A stretch of DNA of 64,000 bases. Source: Dehalococcoidia bacterium (GTDB taxonomy: Bacteria; Chloroflexota; Dehalococcoidia; GIF9; UBA5629). Both the position numbers and the translations under genes were made by a program. The stretch's first letter is position 1, and each line of letters starts with the position of its first letter. Below the pieces are notes generated by a model that worked only from the letters and a program-made list of their open reading frames with translations, searched no databases and had not been told where the DNA came from. The stretch is taken from assembly GCA_050011565.1 (NCBI GenBank), contig JBEKIW010000001.1, forward strand, positions 544,001 through 608,000, written 5' to 3'. Positions 48,499-58,285 of the stretch are shown here, piece by piece.

Positions 48499-49265
48499 TG
48501 TAGTAGCCCTATTCCACTCCAGCCCTGATTCCAGTCGCTAATAATCTCAGAATACTCATATTTAGGTTGCTTAATCTCATCCCAGAATCTACTTACTTCG
48601 CAGCCAGTTACCGCAGGCTTAATAACTATATCATGTAAGGCTATGATGCCCCCCCTTCTGACCAGGCGGCTAAACATCTCAAAATCTGTTTTTACACCTT
48701 CGTATGAATGATCACCGTCAATAAAAACAAAATCGACTTCTTTGCCGCCCAAAATATTCTTAACCCTAGCCAATATTTCCCAGCTGTGAGAATCTCCCCT
48801 TATCAAATGCAACTTCTGTTTTGGTAACCTGAACGTTTTATATAAGGGAATTCTCCACCAAGAATATCCGCCACCGAACTTGCCATAAGGAAGGTCAATG
48901 CTGATTATTGTGGCATCTTTGGCGGCTACACGACAAAATAAGAATAAAGTTCCCCCATTAGCGGTCCCGATTTCAATGATAACTTTGGGTCTTGCCTTAC
49001 TCAAAACCCTTAGCAGCCCCACAACCTCATCTCGAACCTGCATAGGCCTAATTGCCCCAGCATAACTGTGGAAGACATCGTCCACCAACTCGCCCAGAAT
49101 ATTTGAGTTGAACTTTTTTATCTCTAGAAACGCATAAGGAACGCCGAGAAACTCTCGCCATACATAGGCCAGAGCTTTTCGAGAGAACTCGACTATACCC
49201 TCTGTCCTGAGAATTTCCAGCGCTCTCGTTACGAAATTGTTCTTTCTTCCCATAAGGGTGACCAC
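48486..49265 (-). CDS. Class I SAM-dependent methyltransferase (Methyltransf_24-like)
   Basis: IEIGTANGG, ISIDL, RGDS, FIDGDHSYEGV, GGIIALHD. Confidence 0.88.
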   Translation of the reverse strand: MVTLMGRKNNFVTRALEILRTEGIVEFSRKALAYVWREFLGVPYAFLEIKKFNSNILGELVDDVFHSYAGAIRPMQVRDEVVGLLRVLSKARPKVIIEIGTANGGTLFLFCRVAAKDATIISIDLPYGKFGGGYSWWRIPLYKTFRLPKQKLHLIRGDSHSWEILARVKNILGGKEVDFVFIDGDHSYEGVKTDFEMFSRLVRRGGIIALHDIVIKPAVTGCEVSRFWDEIKQPKYEYSEIISDWNQGWSGIGLLQWQK

Positions 49266-49303
49266 TATCTCCTGACAATGTCTTGCTTATCTTTCAGATC
49301 CGC

Positions 49304-49347
49304 TAACACCTGAGCATCATCCCCTTGGAGCCATTGTCCACTACGAT
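49304..49347 (-). pseudogene. Frameshifted remnant of a GT2 gene (IVVDNGS.GDDAQVL)
   Basis: 39 of 45 nt match 48331-48375 of the nearby GT2, with a 1-nt deletion and mostly synonymous changes. Confidence 0.7.
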
Positions 49348-49396
49348 TGACCCTCACAATATATTAAGTTTTGCGTTATAAACAATTACCTTAGTT

Positions 49397-50251
49397 CTAT
49401 ACCCTTACGGCTATGATAATGTCTTGATAACTTAGGTAATCCTTCCTCCCACACCATGAACCATACTGTATTGAATTTACAATTTTTAGCCCAAATTTTT
49501 CATATAACTTATGGATATATTCTTCCGTATAAGCAACAGCATTTTCAGAAGTAGTTTTGCTTATTGTGCGATAATTCCCAAAACCGTACTTGAAATCCAA
49601 GGTGCTCAATTTTGCGTCAATAAGGGCCAATGACTGTGCGTTTAATAAGAAGTAAGTAATTAAGCATCTCTGCCCTTTTTTGAGAACACGGCTCACTTCA
49701 GAGAGATAGTTTTCCATGTCTTGGGGAAGCATATGAGTAAATACGGACTTGAGGAATACGAAGTCAAAGGATTCATCTTGATAGGGGAATCTGTATTCAG
49801 ATGCTTTAAATTTCCCCTTTGGGTTGTAGCCTTTGTTGAATATATCGGCTAACTGAAAGTGAAAATTTTGGTATTTAGAAGAAATGTTCGCTACGCACCA
49901 TTTAATCAATGCAGGAACTATGTCAAACCCTTCATATGTAGCACCTTTGTTCAAGTATTTTGTTAGTGGAGCAGCCATTTGACCACAGCCACAGCCAACA
50001 TCCAATACATCTTCGTTTGGTTTCAGACCGCATCTGTCTTTGAAGTACCTGAAAAACTCTTCGCCCACGGCTGCGTAAGAAGCGGCATCACTAAAAGGAC
50101 CCACGAGAGTTCTAATATAATATGGAGGTGTCAATGTATCCGTTAAAGATGGCACCCCATGTATCTCATATCCTAAGCTATTTACAATCTTTTGAACGAA
50201 ATATTTTGCTTTTTCAGTTATATTCATAGCCTTGCCTTCTACCAAATGCAC
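49397..50251 (-). CDS. Class I SAM-dependent methyltransferase (type 11)
   Basis: VLDVGCGCG, GFDI, FDFVFL.SVFTH, RVLK.G. Confidence 0.9.
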   Translation of the reverse strand: MHLVEGKAMNITEKAKYFVQKIVNSLGYEIHGVPSLTDTLTPPYYIRTLVGPFSDAASYAAVGEEFFRYFKDRCGLKPNEDVLDVGCGCGQMAAPLTKYLNKGATYEGFDIVPALIKWCVANISSKYQNFHFQLADIFNKGYNPKGKFKASEYRFPYQDESFDFVFLKSVFTHMLPQDMENYLSEVSRVLKKGQRCLITYFLLNAQSLALIDAKLSTLDFKYGFGNYRTISKTTSENAVAYTEEYIHKLYEKFGLKIVNSIQYGSWCGRKDYLSYQDIIIAVRV

Positions 50252-50283
50252 TTCTTTCTCCTATGCACCATATTCTTCAGAAT

Positions 50284-50997
50284 TCATTTATTTCCCCTCA
50301 GTACGAAAACAACAGCCTTGGAAAAATTACACTTCCATTTTCTAACCAGCTTCGAGTTAGATAAGTAGGTATTTATGCCCTGCACTAAATAAAATGCTGC
50401 GGCGCAAAAGACATTATTCTTAGCCGCGAAACCATCTATGTCAATGATTTCAAAGCCATTATTCCCTATTAGCTTAAGCCACTTTTTGTAGCTCCACAAG
50501 CGTTCATCACCGTAAAGGCCCTGTTTTTCTACATTTTTGGTAGGGATACCGAAAATTACCATATCTGCAACTCTGGTATGCTCTTTTAATGCCCTGACAA
50601 TATCATCTTCATCGTAATGTTCCAGCACGCCGTAATGATAAATGATAGCAATGCTCCTAGCCTTAAACGGTAGGTCAAATAGGGTTCCTCTGATAAATTC
50701 AACAGCTCCGCCCAGCGATTCGTTATTTTGTTTACCACCGTCTATCACCTGAAAATCTATATCAAGAGCAATGACTTTATATCCAGAATTCAGGCTACTC
50801 AAGAAAATCGAGGTGAATCCGGTTCCAAACCCGGTCTCCAGGAGCGTATCACCTATCCTGGCATATTTCCTTATCATGGCTATGTATGGATAGTACCCCA
50901 AGGTTTCTTCCACAAAATAGGACAGCAAACCACCGGCTCGTTCCCTTCGTTCGGCAAAGGTGGACATCCATTTAGATGTAACGTGCAGTTTAGTCAT
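50284..50997 (-). CDS. Class I SAM-dependent methyltransferase (type 11)
   Basis: LLETGFGTG, ALDID, DLPF, GVLEH. ATG at 50997 preferred to avoid overlap. Confidence 0.82.
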   Translation of the reverse strand: MTKLHVTSKWMSTFAERRERAGGLLSYFVEETLGYYPYIAMIRKYARIGDTLLETGFGTGFTSIFLSSLNSGYKVIALDIDFQVIDGGKQNNESLGGAVEFIRGTLFDLPFKARSIAIIYHYGVLEHYDEDDIVRALKEHTRVADMVIFGIPTKNVEKQGLYGDERLWSYKKWLKLIGNNGFEIIDIDGFAAKNNVFCAAAFYLVQGINTYLSNSKLVRKWKCNFSKAVVFVLRGNK

Positions 50998-51004
50998 TTC
51001 ATGA

Positions 51005-51793
51005 TTAGCGCTTTTCAGCAATAAATAACCGACCGCCACCTTTCTTTATCTTCTTTTGCGATTCTGGAAAGTCACTACTCTCGCCAGACAACTTTCTGTA
51101 CAGAAGTGACAGTATTGCCTTTCTCCGCAACAGCAAGCCCCACAAAGATGCTGTATAGGGTACACGTGTACGATAACCGATATCTAAACAGTCCCACAGT
51201 TTCATAAAACCCAGCGGTGCATAGAGCAACGTTTGGGCCACATTGAATCCTGAGTTATCTAATAGATTTTCCCAGGTCTCCAGGGTAAATAGGTTGATGT
51301 GTGATAAATGCCTATTCCTCATGTTTGCGTACCACTTGCTATGAAATAGTAACATGTCGTTGAAGAATTCGGAAGGTACAGTCATGATGAATTTGCCTTT
51401 CTTGTCCAATACTCTATTGACCTCGGCAATACATTTTTCTGGATTGTTAATGTGCTCCAGCGTGCAGTTACAGAAAACCGTTTTAAAACTATTGTTGGGA
51501 AACGGCAGGTCTCTAGCATCAGCAGCAAGCAAAATATCGTATACATTTAAATTCCTAGCAGCTTTTAGTAGTTCGGCATTCGAGTCCACGCCAGCTTTAA
51601 TTTTTTGGAAAAGAGCATAACTGAATTGCCCGTTGCCACAGCCCAAATCCAATAGCGGTGCCTCCATTTGTGGCACCGCCAAAGAGATCTCCTTGAACTC
51701 AAGAAATCGCCACAGAGCTTCAGAAATAGCAAGGTTTGCTGATAATTTTAGAAAGGCATCTTTCTCTGCGTCTTCTCGTTGATTGATGAACAT
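51005..51793 (-). CDS. Class I SAM-dependent methyltransferase (type 11)
   Basis: LLDLGCGNG, DARDLPF, TLEHI, EVNRVL..G. Confidence 0.88.
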   Translation of the reverse strand: MFINQREDAEKDAFLKLSANLAISEALWRFLEFKEISLAVPQMEAPLLDLGCGNGQFSYALFQKIKAGVDSNAELLKAARNLNVYDILLAADARDLPFPNNSFKTVFCNCTLEHINNPEKCIAEVNRVLDKKGKFIMTVPSEFFNDMLLFHSKWYANMRNRHLSHINLFTLETWENLLDNSGFNVAQTLLYAPLGFMKLWDCLDIGYRTRVPYTASLWGLLLRRKAILSLLYRKLSGESSDFPESQKKIKKGGGRLFIAEKR

Positions 51794-51864
51794 CCTCTAT
51801 CACCTTTTCGCTTATATAAAAGTTGAAACTTGAAATTTGCAAATAATGCTTTTTGTTCACTTGT

Positions 51865-53004
51865 TCATTGATTTTGACTGAGGGCTTTTTGGAAAACCTT
51901 TTCCATGTTCTTGGCATATGAGTACCAGGACAAGTTGTTTTTAACGTAATTCAGCGCGTTTTCACCCATTTTCATAGCTAGTGTTGGATTATCAATCAGC
52001 CTCTCGATTTCTGTCGCGATTACTTCCGGTGTCGCATTATCCATAACAATACCATTTATATTGTTTTCTATTATTTCAGAAACCCCAGCTTTCCTAGAGA
52101 CAATGACTGGTTTACCAGCTGCCATAGCTTCGGTTACAACGAGGCCCCATGTTTGTTCGGCAGGGAAGACACAAACATTACATGCCTTATAGATATTGGC
52201 AAGCTCCTCATCGCTAATATCACTAAGAAACAGGACTCTTCCCAGCACCCCTAACTCAGATGCAAGTTCTTTATATGGTTTAACCAATCCAGGTCCTACC
52301 AATACAAGCTTAACCTTTTCCGGCAAATATGTTAATGCTTTGATGGACATATCTGGATGTTTATAATAAATAAATGAACCCACCTGGAGGACGAGAAAAT
52401 TATTCCCTAAGCCATATTTTAGCCTGAATTTTTCTCCGCATCCACTTTGGAAAAATTCAACGTCAACGCCTTCCCTTATTAGCGTAGACGGTCTACCATA
52501 AGCATTCTTTACTAAACCTGCATCAATACGAGACATCACAACTATCTCATCGATACACTTAACAGCGACTTTGTCAAATATTTCAAAGAGTGGCCAGTGG
52601 ACGATAAACTTGCCCTTTCGTTGTTCAGGCTGGAAAAACCAGAAAGGCGGCTCATTGCACATCCAGACTACAGGCACTTTTAACCGCTTTTTGGCGTAAA
52701 AAGCTGCCCATTCGGTGGGAAAATTGTGGTTGTTTATTATGTCAAACCTGTCAGGTATCGCCCTTCCAATATTTAACATACAATTCAAGATATTGTAATA
52801 GCCTATCCTCCTGAATTGCGGGTATGGAATGACATTTAAAATAACATTTTTTAACATTTCAGGATAGCATTTATCTTTGTCTATTTCATTAACAAAAATC
52901 TCTATATGGTGGCCGAACTTTTGCAGTTCTATGGCCAGTCTCAGTATCAGTCTTTCCCCACCTGCAGACACAGTTAGGGGTGTATGAATCATGGCAATTC
53001 TCAT
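51865..53004 (-). CDS. Glycosyltransferase family 4
   Basis: GGER, VFPAEQTWGLVVTEAMAAGKPVI, E.I....NG, LSW. Confidence 0.92.
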   Translation of the reverse strand: MRIAMIHTPLTVSAGGERLILRLAIELQKFGHHIEIFVNEIDKDKCYPEMLKNVILNVIPYPQFRRIGYYNILNCMLNIGRAIPDRFDIINNHNFPTEWAAFYAKKRLKVPVVWMCNEPPFWFFQPEQRKGKFIVHWPLFEIFDKVAVKCIDEIVVMSRIDAGLVKNAYGRPSTLIREGVDVEFFQSGCGEKFRLKYGLGNNFLVLQVGSFIYYKHPDMSIKALTYLPEKVKLVLVGPGLVKPYKELASELGVLGRVLFLSDISDEELANIYKACNVCVFPAEQTWGLVVTEAMAAGKPVIVSRKAGVSEIIENNINGIVMDNATPEVIATEIERLIDNPTLAMKMGENALNYVKNNLSWYSYAKNMEKVFQKALSQNQ

Positions 53005-53029
53005 TCTATTTAGCCTCCAGCGCTCATAT

Positions 53030-54493
53030 CTATGTTGCGATACTTTCTCTTGTAAACAGGTTTTTTAGAATCGCCACATCCTGCTTATCTAATCCCCTTA
53101 CTATATAAAGCACCAAGAAATATATTAGCGCGGATATTAAAACTATCAAAAATAAATTGATACCGCTGGCAAATCGGATGAAAACAAGCATTGCCAGGCA
53201 GGATACTAACGCTTTCGCTATATTTTTTAAGGAGTTTAGACGTAGCTTATAATCAGTATTTGCCAAGGTGAATACCAGCATTAGGAGTGCTGCCAAGTTT
53301 GAGAGAACTGCTGCGATACTCGCTCCAACATAGCTGTACGCCGGTATAAGGATAATGTTCAAAATGACGTTTACAATGACTGTAATTATCATTATCTTGG
53401 CAACTGTAGTTTGCCTATCGATGGAATACAGCAAAAAGTCAAAAGCGCTGTTCGTATAAATTAAAACAGTGTTCCAGGCTAGAATTTGCAGGGCAATCGC
53501 CGATGCCTCATATTCGATGCCAAAGACCTGCAGTACAATCCTGCTGGCCAACATTGTAATACCTACTCCGATGGGGATGCTCAATATGAGCATGTATTTC
53601 AGGCTACGTTCATATACAAGTTTCAAAGATTCCAGAGAGGATTTATATAACTTGGACATGACAGGGAAAACGGCTGCAAAGAAAGAGGCGGGAATAAAAA
53701 CCAGTGCCAATACTACTTTATATGCAGCATTATACCAACCTACAGCTTCATTTCCTTTAACGACAGAAAGAATCACAGAGTCAATACCAAGGTAACCGCC
53801 GACCAGAAAGGCTATAAGCCCAAACGGCAGTGCCTGTCTTATCGTCTGCAACCAGAAACTCCTATCGAACTCAAGATGTCCAGCACCTCCTTTGATTAAG
53901 GCAGAGAATTTAATTCTCATGACAGCCAAGCAATATATAAGGACTATTATACTGGCCAGTAAATACAAAGAAGCGAAATCCACCACGTTAAAATTGCATT
54001 TTATTGATATGAACACTCCTCCAAGAATCACTGCAACGCTCAGCAATTGTCCTACACTCTGATATTCCATTTTTTCAAACGCTTGAAAAATGGAAAAATA
54101 AACCGAGGCAAAGGCGGCTGATATCACTGATAAACCCACCAGATAGACGACCATAACTGTATCGCGGGGATATCCCATGAGATTTATAGCAAGTGCAATA
54201 AGGACAAAGGTTACGATAGCCAGAAGTATTTTTAGCAGGCTTATATTGGCTAGGTATTTTGATGCCAGGGATTTCTCCTTGGCAATTTCCCTTACGGAAA
54301 GCTGCTGGAGGCCGATATCGCCAAAAACAGCGAATATTCCGGTAAAAGCCAAGGCAAAGGATAAAACCCCGAAACCCGCAGGGCCAAGACTTCGTAGAAT
54401 GTATATGGTACAGAAAAGGCCAACTATAAAGCTTAAAACTTGACCTATGAGCAGAACTATGGTGTTTTTGGCAATTGTTTTAACAGTGCTCAA
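53030..54493 (-). CDS. Oligosaccharide flippase (Wzx/MOP family)
   Basis: IAKNT, R.LGP..FG, D.GL....REIA, QAFEKM, D.VIL....G...VGWYNAAY; about 14 TMs. Confidence 0.92.
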   Translation of the reverse strand: MSTVKTIAKNTIVLLIGQVLSFIVGLFCTIYILRSLGPAGFGVLSFALAFTGIFAVFGDIGLQQLSVREIAKEKSLASKYLANISLLKILLAIVTFVLIALAINLMGYPRDTVMVVYLVGLSVISAAFASVYFSIFQAFEKMEYQSVGQLLSVAVILGGVFISIKCNFNVVDFASLYLLASIIVLIYCLAVMRIKFSALIKGGAGHLEFDRSFWLQTIRQALPFGLIAFLVGGYLGIDSVILSVVKGNEAVGWYNAAYKVVLALVFIPASFFAAVFPVMSKLYKSSLESLKLVYERSLKYMLILSIPIGVGITMLASRIVLQVFGIEYEASAIALQILAWNTVLIYTNSAFDFLLYSIDRQTTVAKIMIITVIVNVILNIILIPAYSYVGASIAAVLSNLAALLMLVFTLANTDYKLRLNSLKNIAKALVSCLAMLVFIRFASGINLFLIVLISALIYFLVLYIVRGLDKQDVAILKNLFTRESIAT

Positions 54494-54498
54494 ATGGC

Positions 54499-54996
54499 TT
54501 AGCCTTGCTTTAGTGCCCAGTCATAGGGAATGTCATTATCAAACGGGTCGATGCGGAATTCGTCTGGTTTTTGTGCGTTATAAGGCTCGGTGACAGTATT
54601 TACCACATAGACGGGTTTGGAGCCATATGCCTTGAATCCATGTATAACCAGGCGCGGAATGTGTATAAGCACGGGATTGTCTTCACCGGCGAAAAATTCG
54701 TTGACCAACCCTCTGGTTGGAGAACCCTGCCTGTCATCGTAGAGAACCACTTTGGCCATGCCTTTGATAACTACAAAGTTATCATCTTGTTTCTTATGAT
54801 AATGCCAGGCTTTAACCACCCCGGGGTAACAGGTGGTTACATATACCTGGCCGAAATTCTGAAGCATCGAGTCGTCACTTCGAAGCATCTCCATTAATTT
54901 TCCTCGCTCATCAGGTATCCATTTAAGTTGTTTAATTTGAACACCCTGGATGAGCTGCTTCGCCGGGACTTTATATTTTTTGCCTTTCAACTGCAT
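54499..54996 (-). CDS. rfbC: dTDP-4-dehydrorhamnose 3,5-epimerase family protein
   Basis: DERG.LME, PGVVKAWHYH, HGFK cupin motifs. ATG at 54996 has a GGGAGAGG RBS. Confidence 0.85.
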   Translation of the reverse strand: MQLKGKKYKVPAKQLIQGVQIKQLKWIPDERGKLMEMLRSDDSMLQNFGQVYVTTCYPGVVKAWHYHKKQDDNFVVIKGMAKVVLYDDRQGSPTRGLVNEFFAGEDNPVLIHIPRLVIHGFKAYGSKPVYVVNTVTEPYNAQKPDEFRIDPFDNDIPYDWALKQG

Positions 54997-55014
54997 TATA
55001 AACCTCTCCCGCAT

Positions 55015-55043
55015 ATCATATAGTCTTTAAGCGCTTTCTGCAA
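55015..55043 (-). promoter_or_regulatory. Sigma70-type promoter of rfbC-flippase operon
   Basis: Minus strand TTGCAG-17 nt-TATGAT. Confidence 0.55.
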
Positions 55044-55084
55044 ACTTCTCGTACTCGTCCAGTACATTGGTGAAACCACTCGTT

Positions 55085-55425
55085 TTGTCATTTTGGGGGA
55101 GCAGTCGTTTTTTGCATCGCAAGGCTTGGCTCCGTGGCGGTCTCATTCTATTTCCTGTCATCCTGAGAGAGCCCTTCGCCTTTGTCATCCTGAGGGAGCG
55201 AAGCGACCGAAGGATCTAGCTCAGGATGAACTCCGCGACCGAAGAATCTCGCGGGGCTTAGGGCAAACTCCGCATGGCAATCCCTGTGGTGGGGAAGGTG
55301 TGAGATTCTGCCCCTTCCCCTTCGCCTCCGGCTCAGGGTCAGGGTCAGGATGACAGGAAGTGAAAGACTCGGAGCGGCATATAGCGAAGGGCTCGCAATG
55401 ACATAAAAAAGGGCTCGCAATGATG
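55085..55425. repeat. Nested REP/REPIN-like palindromic repeat cluster (TGTCATCCTGAG / CTCGCAATGAC units)
   Basis: Perfect 15-bp inverted repeat ttcctgtcatcctga (55152-55166) / tcaggatgacaggaa (55345-55359); internal tgtcatcctgagggagcgaagcgaccgaaggatct; gagcccttcgc / gcgaagggctc pair; two copies of gggctcgcaatga. Confidence 0.8.
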
Positions 55426-55466
55426 TAAGAGAATGGCTCCCGTCTATCTTGGCGAGCTTAAACTCA

Positions 55467-58115
55467 TCATGGCACCTGATTTACAGTGAAGCTTATGGTC
55501 GTTGACCAGTTACTCCATCCGCCAATATTACCCGCTCTTGCCCGCCAGTAATATATCGTACCAAATGAGAGGCCAGTTACTTCCTGTGATGTATTGTTGC
55601 CCACATCGGCATCGAATACGGTTGTGGTAAAAGAAGAGCTGGTGCCAACCTGCAACTGGTATTTTGTGGCACCATTTGGCGCTCCCCATTTAAGGATGAT
55701 AGCTGCCCCAGGAGATATAGGGTCGGGTGGGTTTGGAGGTGTATGAGGCGTAGTGGTACCCCAGCCCGCGATGAAGTAAGTGTAGCCTGTTTGGGTGTTC
55801 CAGCCTGAGCCCGCGGAACCCGGCCAGGTCCATGAGGCGTAGGTAGAAGGTTGCCAGCGGACGGTTGCTGATGGATCATTGGAGTGGTAGTAGATGTTGG
55901 CGGAATCGCTGACCACTGCCAGCCAGTAGTATGTACCTGAGGTAACGGGAGTAGATGTGATGGGTATTGTATTCCACCCCGTGGTAACAGGGGTGCTGTC
56001 TACGACGGCAAGGCGGGAGTTGGGCTGGCCGGAATTATCGTCGTAGATGGCGACCTTAACGTTGCCGCCGGCGCTGACCTTGACTCTAAATTCGGTGATG
56101 GAACCTGTAGAAGCGGCGAGGAAACGCTGCAGTATGACGGTGCCGCTGGCACCACCTCCGTTACCGCCGGTGGAGGCGGTATCGGTGGCTACGCCGATGA
56201 GTATCTGAGTTTGAACCGGAGTGGTGAATTGAGCGCTGGTACCCGCCCAGGCGGGACCGGCGGAATTGCTGGCATAGCATCTATAGAAGTAGGGGGCGTT
56301 GGGGATAAGGTTGGATACATCGGTGTAGAAAGTGCCTAAGGCTTTAGTTCCCAGGTCAACGTGGTTGGCCCAGCTACCTGTGGTAGTGCCGCCATCGGTG
56401 GTGCCATAGTAGACGGTAACGGCAGGGTTCTCGTTGCCGGTTGAGGTAACCTCGCCATTCAGTCTGGCTGAGGTTGAGGTGATGTTGGTGGCGCCGATGG
56501 AGTTGGTGATGGTCGGTGATGTTGGAGGTGTGATGGCGCTCCGACCGGCAACGAAGTAAGTATAGCCCGTTTGAATATTCCAGCCTACGCCAGCGGAACT
56601 TGGCCAGGTCCATGAGGCGTAGGTAGAAGGTTTCCAGCGGACGGTTGCTGATGGATCATTGGAGTGGTAGTAGATGTTGGCGGAATCGCTGACCAGCGCC
56701 AGCCAGTAGTAGGTACCAGAAGTGACAGCGATGGAGGGGGTGATGGGTATGGTATTCCACCCCACGGTAGTAACAGGGGTGCTGCTGTCTACGGCGGCAA
56801 GGCGGGAGTTAGGCTGGCCTGAGCTGTCGTCGTAGATAGCGACCTTAACGTTGCCGCTGGCGCTGACCTTGACTCTAAATTCAGCTATAGAACCGGTGGA
56901 AGTGGCGAGGAAACGCTGCAGTATGACGGTGCCACTGACACCTCCACCACTACCTCCGGTGGAGGTGGTGCCTGAGGCTACGCCAATAAGTTGTTGTGGG
57001 TCGCTTGAAGAAGATGTCCCATAAATGGACTGGATGCCGGCTATATCATCGGCGGTAAGAGCGCGCTTTGTGGTACCCGAGCCGCTGTAGCCGTACATTA
57101 CCTTGGCGGCGTCAGCGGGGCCATAATACAAATCGTCTAAACACAGCCAGTGTCCAAATTCGTGCAGACCCACGGACTGCACATCATAGTATCCGCCCGG
57201 GCACGTCGGCAACGTGCTCCAGTTATAGTAGTCATTAAACTCTACGTCATTTTCGAGGAGGGTGCTGCCGCTGTACCATATGTGTGTGACTGCCAGGATA
57301 CCTGTGTCTAGCGTATTAACCCACATAATCTCGTTAACACCATCATAGCCGTAAGCAGTGGCTGTAGTGGTGCCGGCATAGCTGAATGAGAAGTTGGCAC
57401 CGGCAGTGGACCACGTCGACGCTGCGTTTTGCACCGCTGCTCCTTCACCGGTGCTGTCCGAAGTATTTTCGTTTATACGGTATCCAACAGGAATCTTGTT
57501 AGAAGGCCAACTGTAACCGGCATATAAGTAAGGCATGGTAACGACAGAGGGGGAGATATCCAATTCCGTGGCTGGCAGGGCTTGTCCCTTGAGAACGCTA
57601 TTTATCCGTCCCTTGAACTCGGCTACAGGTAAATTGTTAGCTTTGTCTCCCTTGATGGGAAACTTGCCTCGAAAGCCCTGGTAGACCTCAAATTGCTGCG
57701 CGGGAAATTTGTCTGGCAGGGACATCGCTTTAGACGGCTGGGCATTGTTGAGCTTCTTCAGGAATACCACCGCCTTTTCACCTTGGTCAAAGCTAGGCAT
57801 TTCCGACACAAACTCTCCTATGCCTTCAACCTCTCCACCGGGTACGGTGATGGTAACTTTGTCCGGACCAGCCTCGCCCTTAATCCTATCCTCTACGGAG
57901 AAGGCCACCGAGGTGTAAATCTGTGTGTGCGCATCATTCCAGTAGCTGTTGCGGTCAGTAACCGTACCAACTAAAACGGAGTCGGCACCGTTGGTCAGGT
58001 CCTTAAGATTTATCTTGCCCGAATCAGCCTGTGCTGCGCTGGTGAATGCCAGCGGTAGTAGCGAGCTTACTATTATGAATAATATAGCAACACTTAGCCA
58101 ACGAAATCTCTTCAT
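55467..58115 (-). CDS. Secreted modular matrixin-like (metzincin) metalloprotease with repeated beta-rich modules and FN3-like domains
   Basis: Signal peptide ending AQA; HEFGHWLCLDD zinc motif and VMYG Met-turn; two ~145-aa LIGVA..VILQRF..EFRVK..YYWLA modules; C-terminal YYWRARAGN..GWS.WS. Confidence 0.8.
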   Translation of the reverse strand: MKRFRWLSVAILFIIVSSLLPLAFTSAAQADSGKINLKDLTNGADSVLVGTVTDRNSYWNDAHTQIYTSVAFSVEDRIKGEAGPDKVTITVPGGEVEGIGEFVSEMPSFDQGEKAVVFLKKLNNAQPSKAMSLPDKFPAQQFEVYQGFRGKFPIKGDKANNLPVAEFKGRINSVLKGQALPATELDISPSVVTMPYLYAGYSWPSNKIPVGYRINENTSDSTGEGAAVQNAASTWSTAGANFSFSYAGTTTATAYGYDGVNEIMWVNTLDTGILAVTHIWYSGSTLLENDVEFNDYYNWSTLPTCPGGYYDVQSVGLHEFGHWLCLDDLYYGPADAAKVMYGYSGSGTTKRALTADDIAGIQSIYGTSSSSDPQQLIGVASGTTSTGGSGGGVSGTVILQRFLATSTGSIAEFRVKVSASGNVKVAIYDDSSGQPNSRLAAVDSSTPVTTVGWNTIPITPSIAVTSGTYYWLALVSDSANIYYHSNDPSATVRWKPSTYASWTWPSSAGVGWNIQTGYTYFVAGRSAITPPTSPTITNSIGATNITSTSARLNGEVTSTGNENPAVTVYYGTTDGGTTTGSWANHVDLGTKALGTFYTDVSNLIPNAPYFYRCYASNSAGPAWAGTSAQFTTPVQTQILIGVATDTASTGGNGGGASGTVILQRFLAASTGSITEFRVKVSAGGNVKVAIYDDNSGQPNSRLAVVDSTPVTTGWNTIPITSTPVTSGTYYWLAVVSDSANIYYHSNDPSATVRWQPSTYASWTWPGSAGSGWNTQTGYTYFIAGWGTTTPHTPPNPPDPISPGAAIILKWGAPNGATKYQLQVGTSSSFTTTVFDADVGNNTSQEVTGLSFGTIYYWRARAGNIGGWSNWSTTISFTVNQVP
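55822..56695. repeat. Intragenic direct repeat (55822-55915 and 56602-56695; 94 bp, one mismatch)
   Basis: Direct comparison of the two copies; offset 780 bp. Confidence 0.85.
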
Positions 58116-58285
58116 GTCATATCTCCTTAGTCGTTATGATATATAATTATATAGCAGTAAAATGGGAATTACCTCTCGGATACATGGTACTTTAGTACTT
58201 GAAGGGGTTTTAATACAGTGATTGCAGTTTTTTCGGGCGGTACTCAGGAGACAAAGGATAACCACCAGACCAAGTGTAAGATTTT

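Noticed and set aside
55085-55425. CRISPR array, or real small proteins (ORFs 55093-55353 and 55148-55420)
   Set aside because: Repeats are nested and inverted without regular unique spacers, and no cas genes are present; the ORFs are just translations of the repeats.
58186-58200. GTAC-N4-GTAC palindrome upstream of the protease gene as an operator
   Set aside because: Too short, and seen only once, so it cannot be supported.
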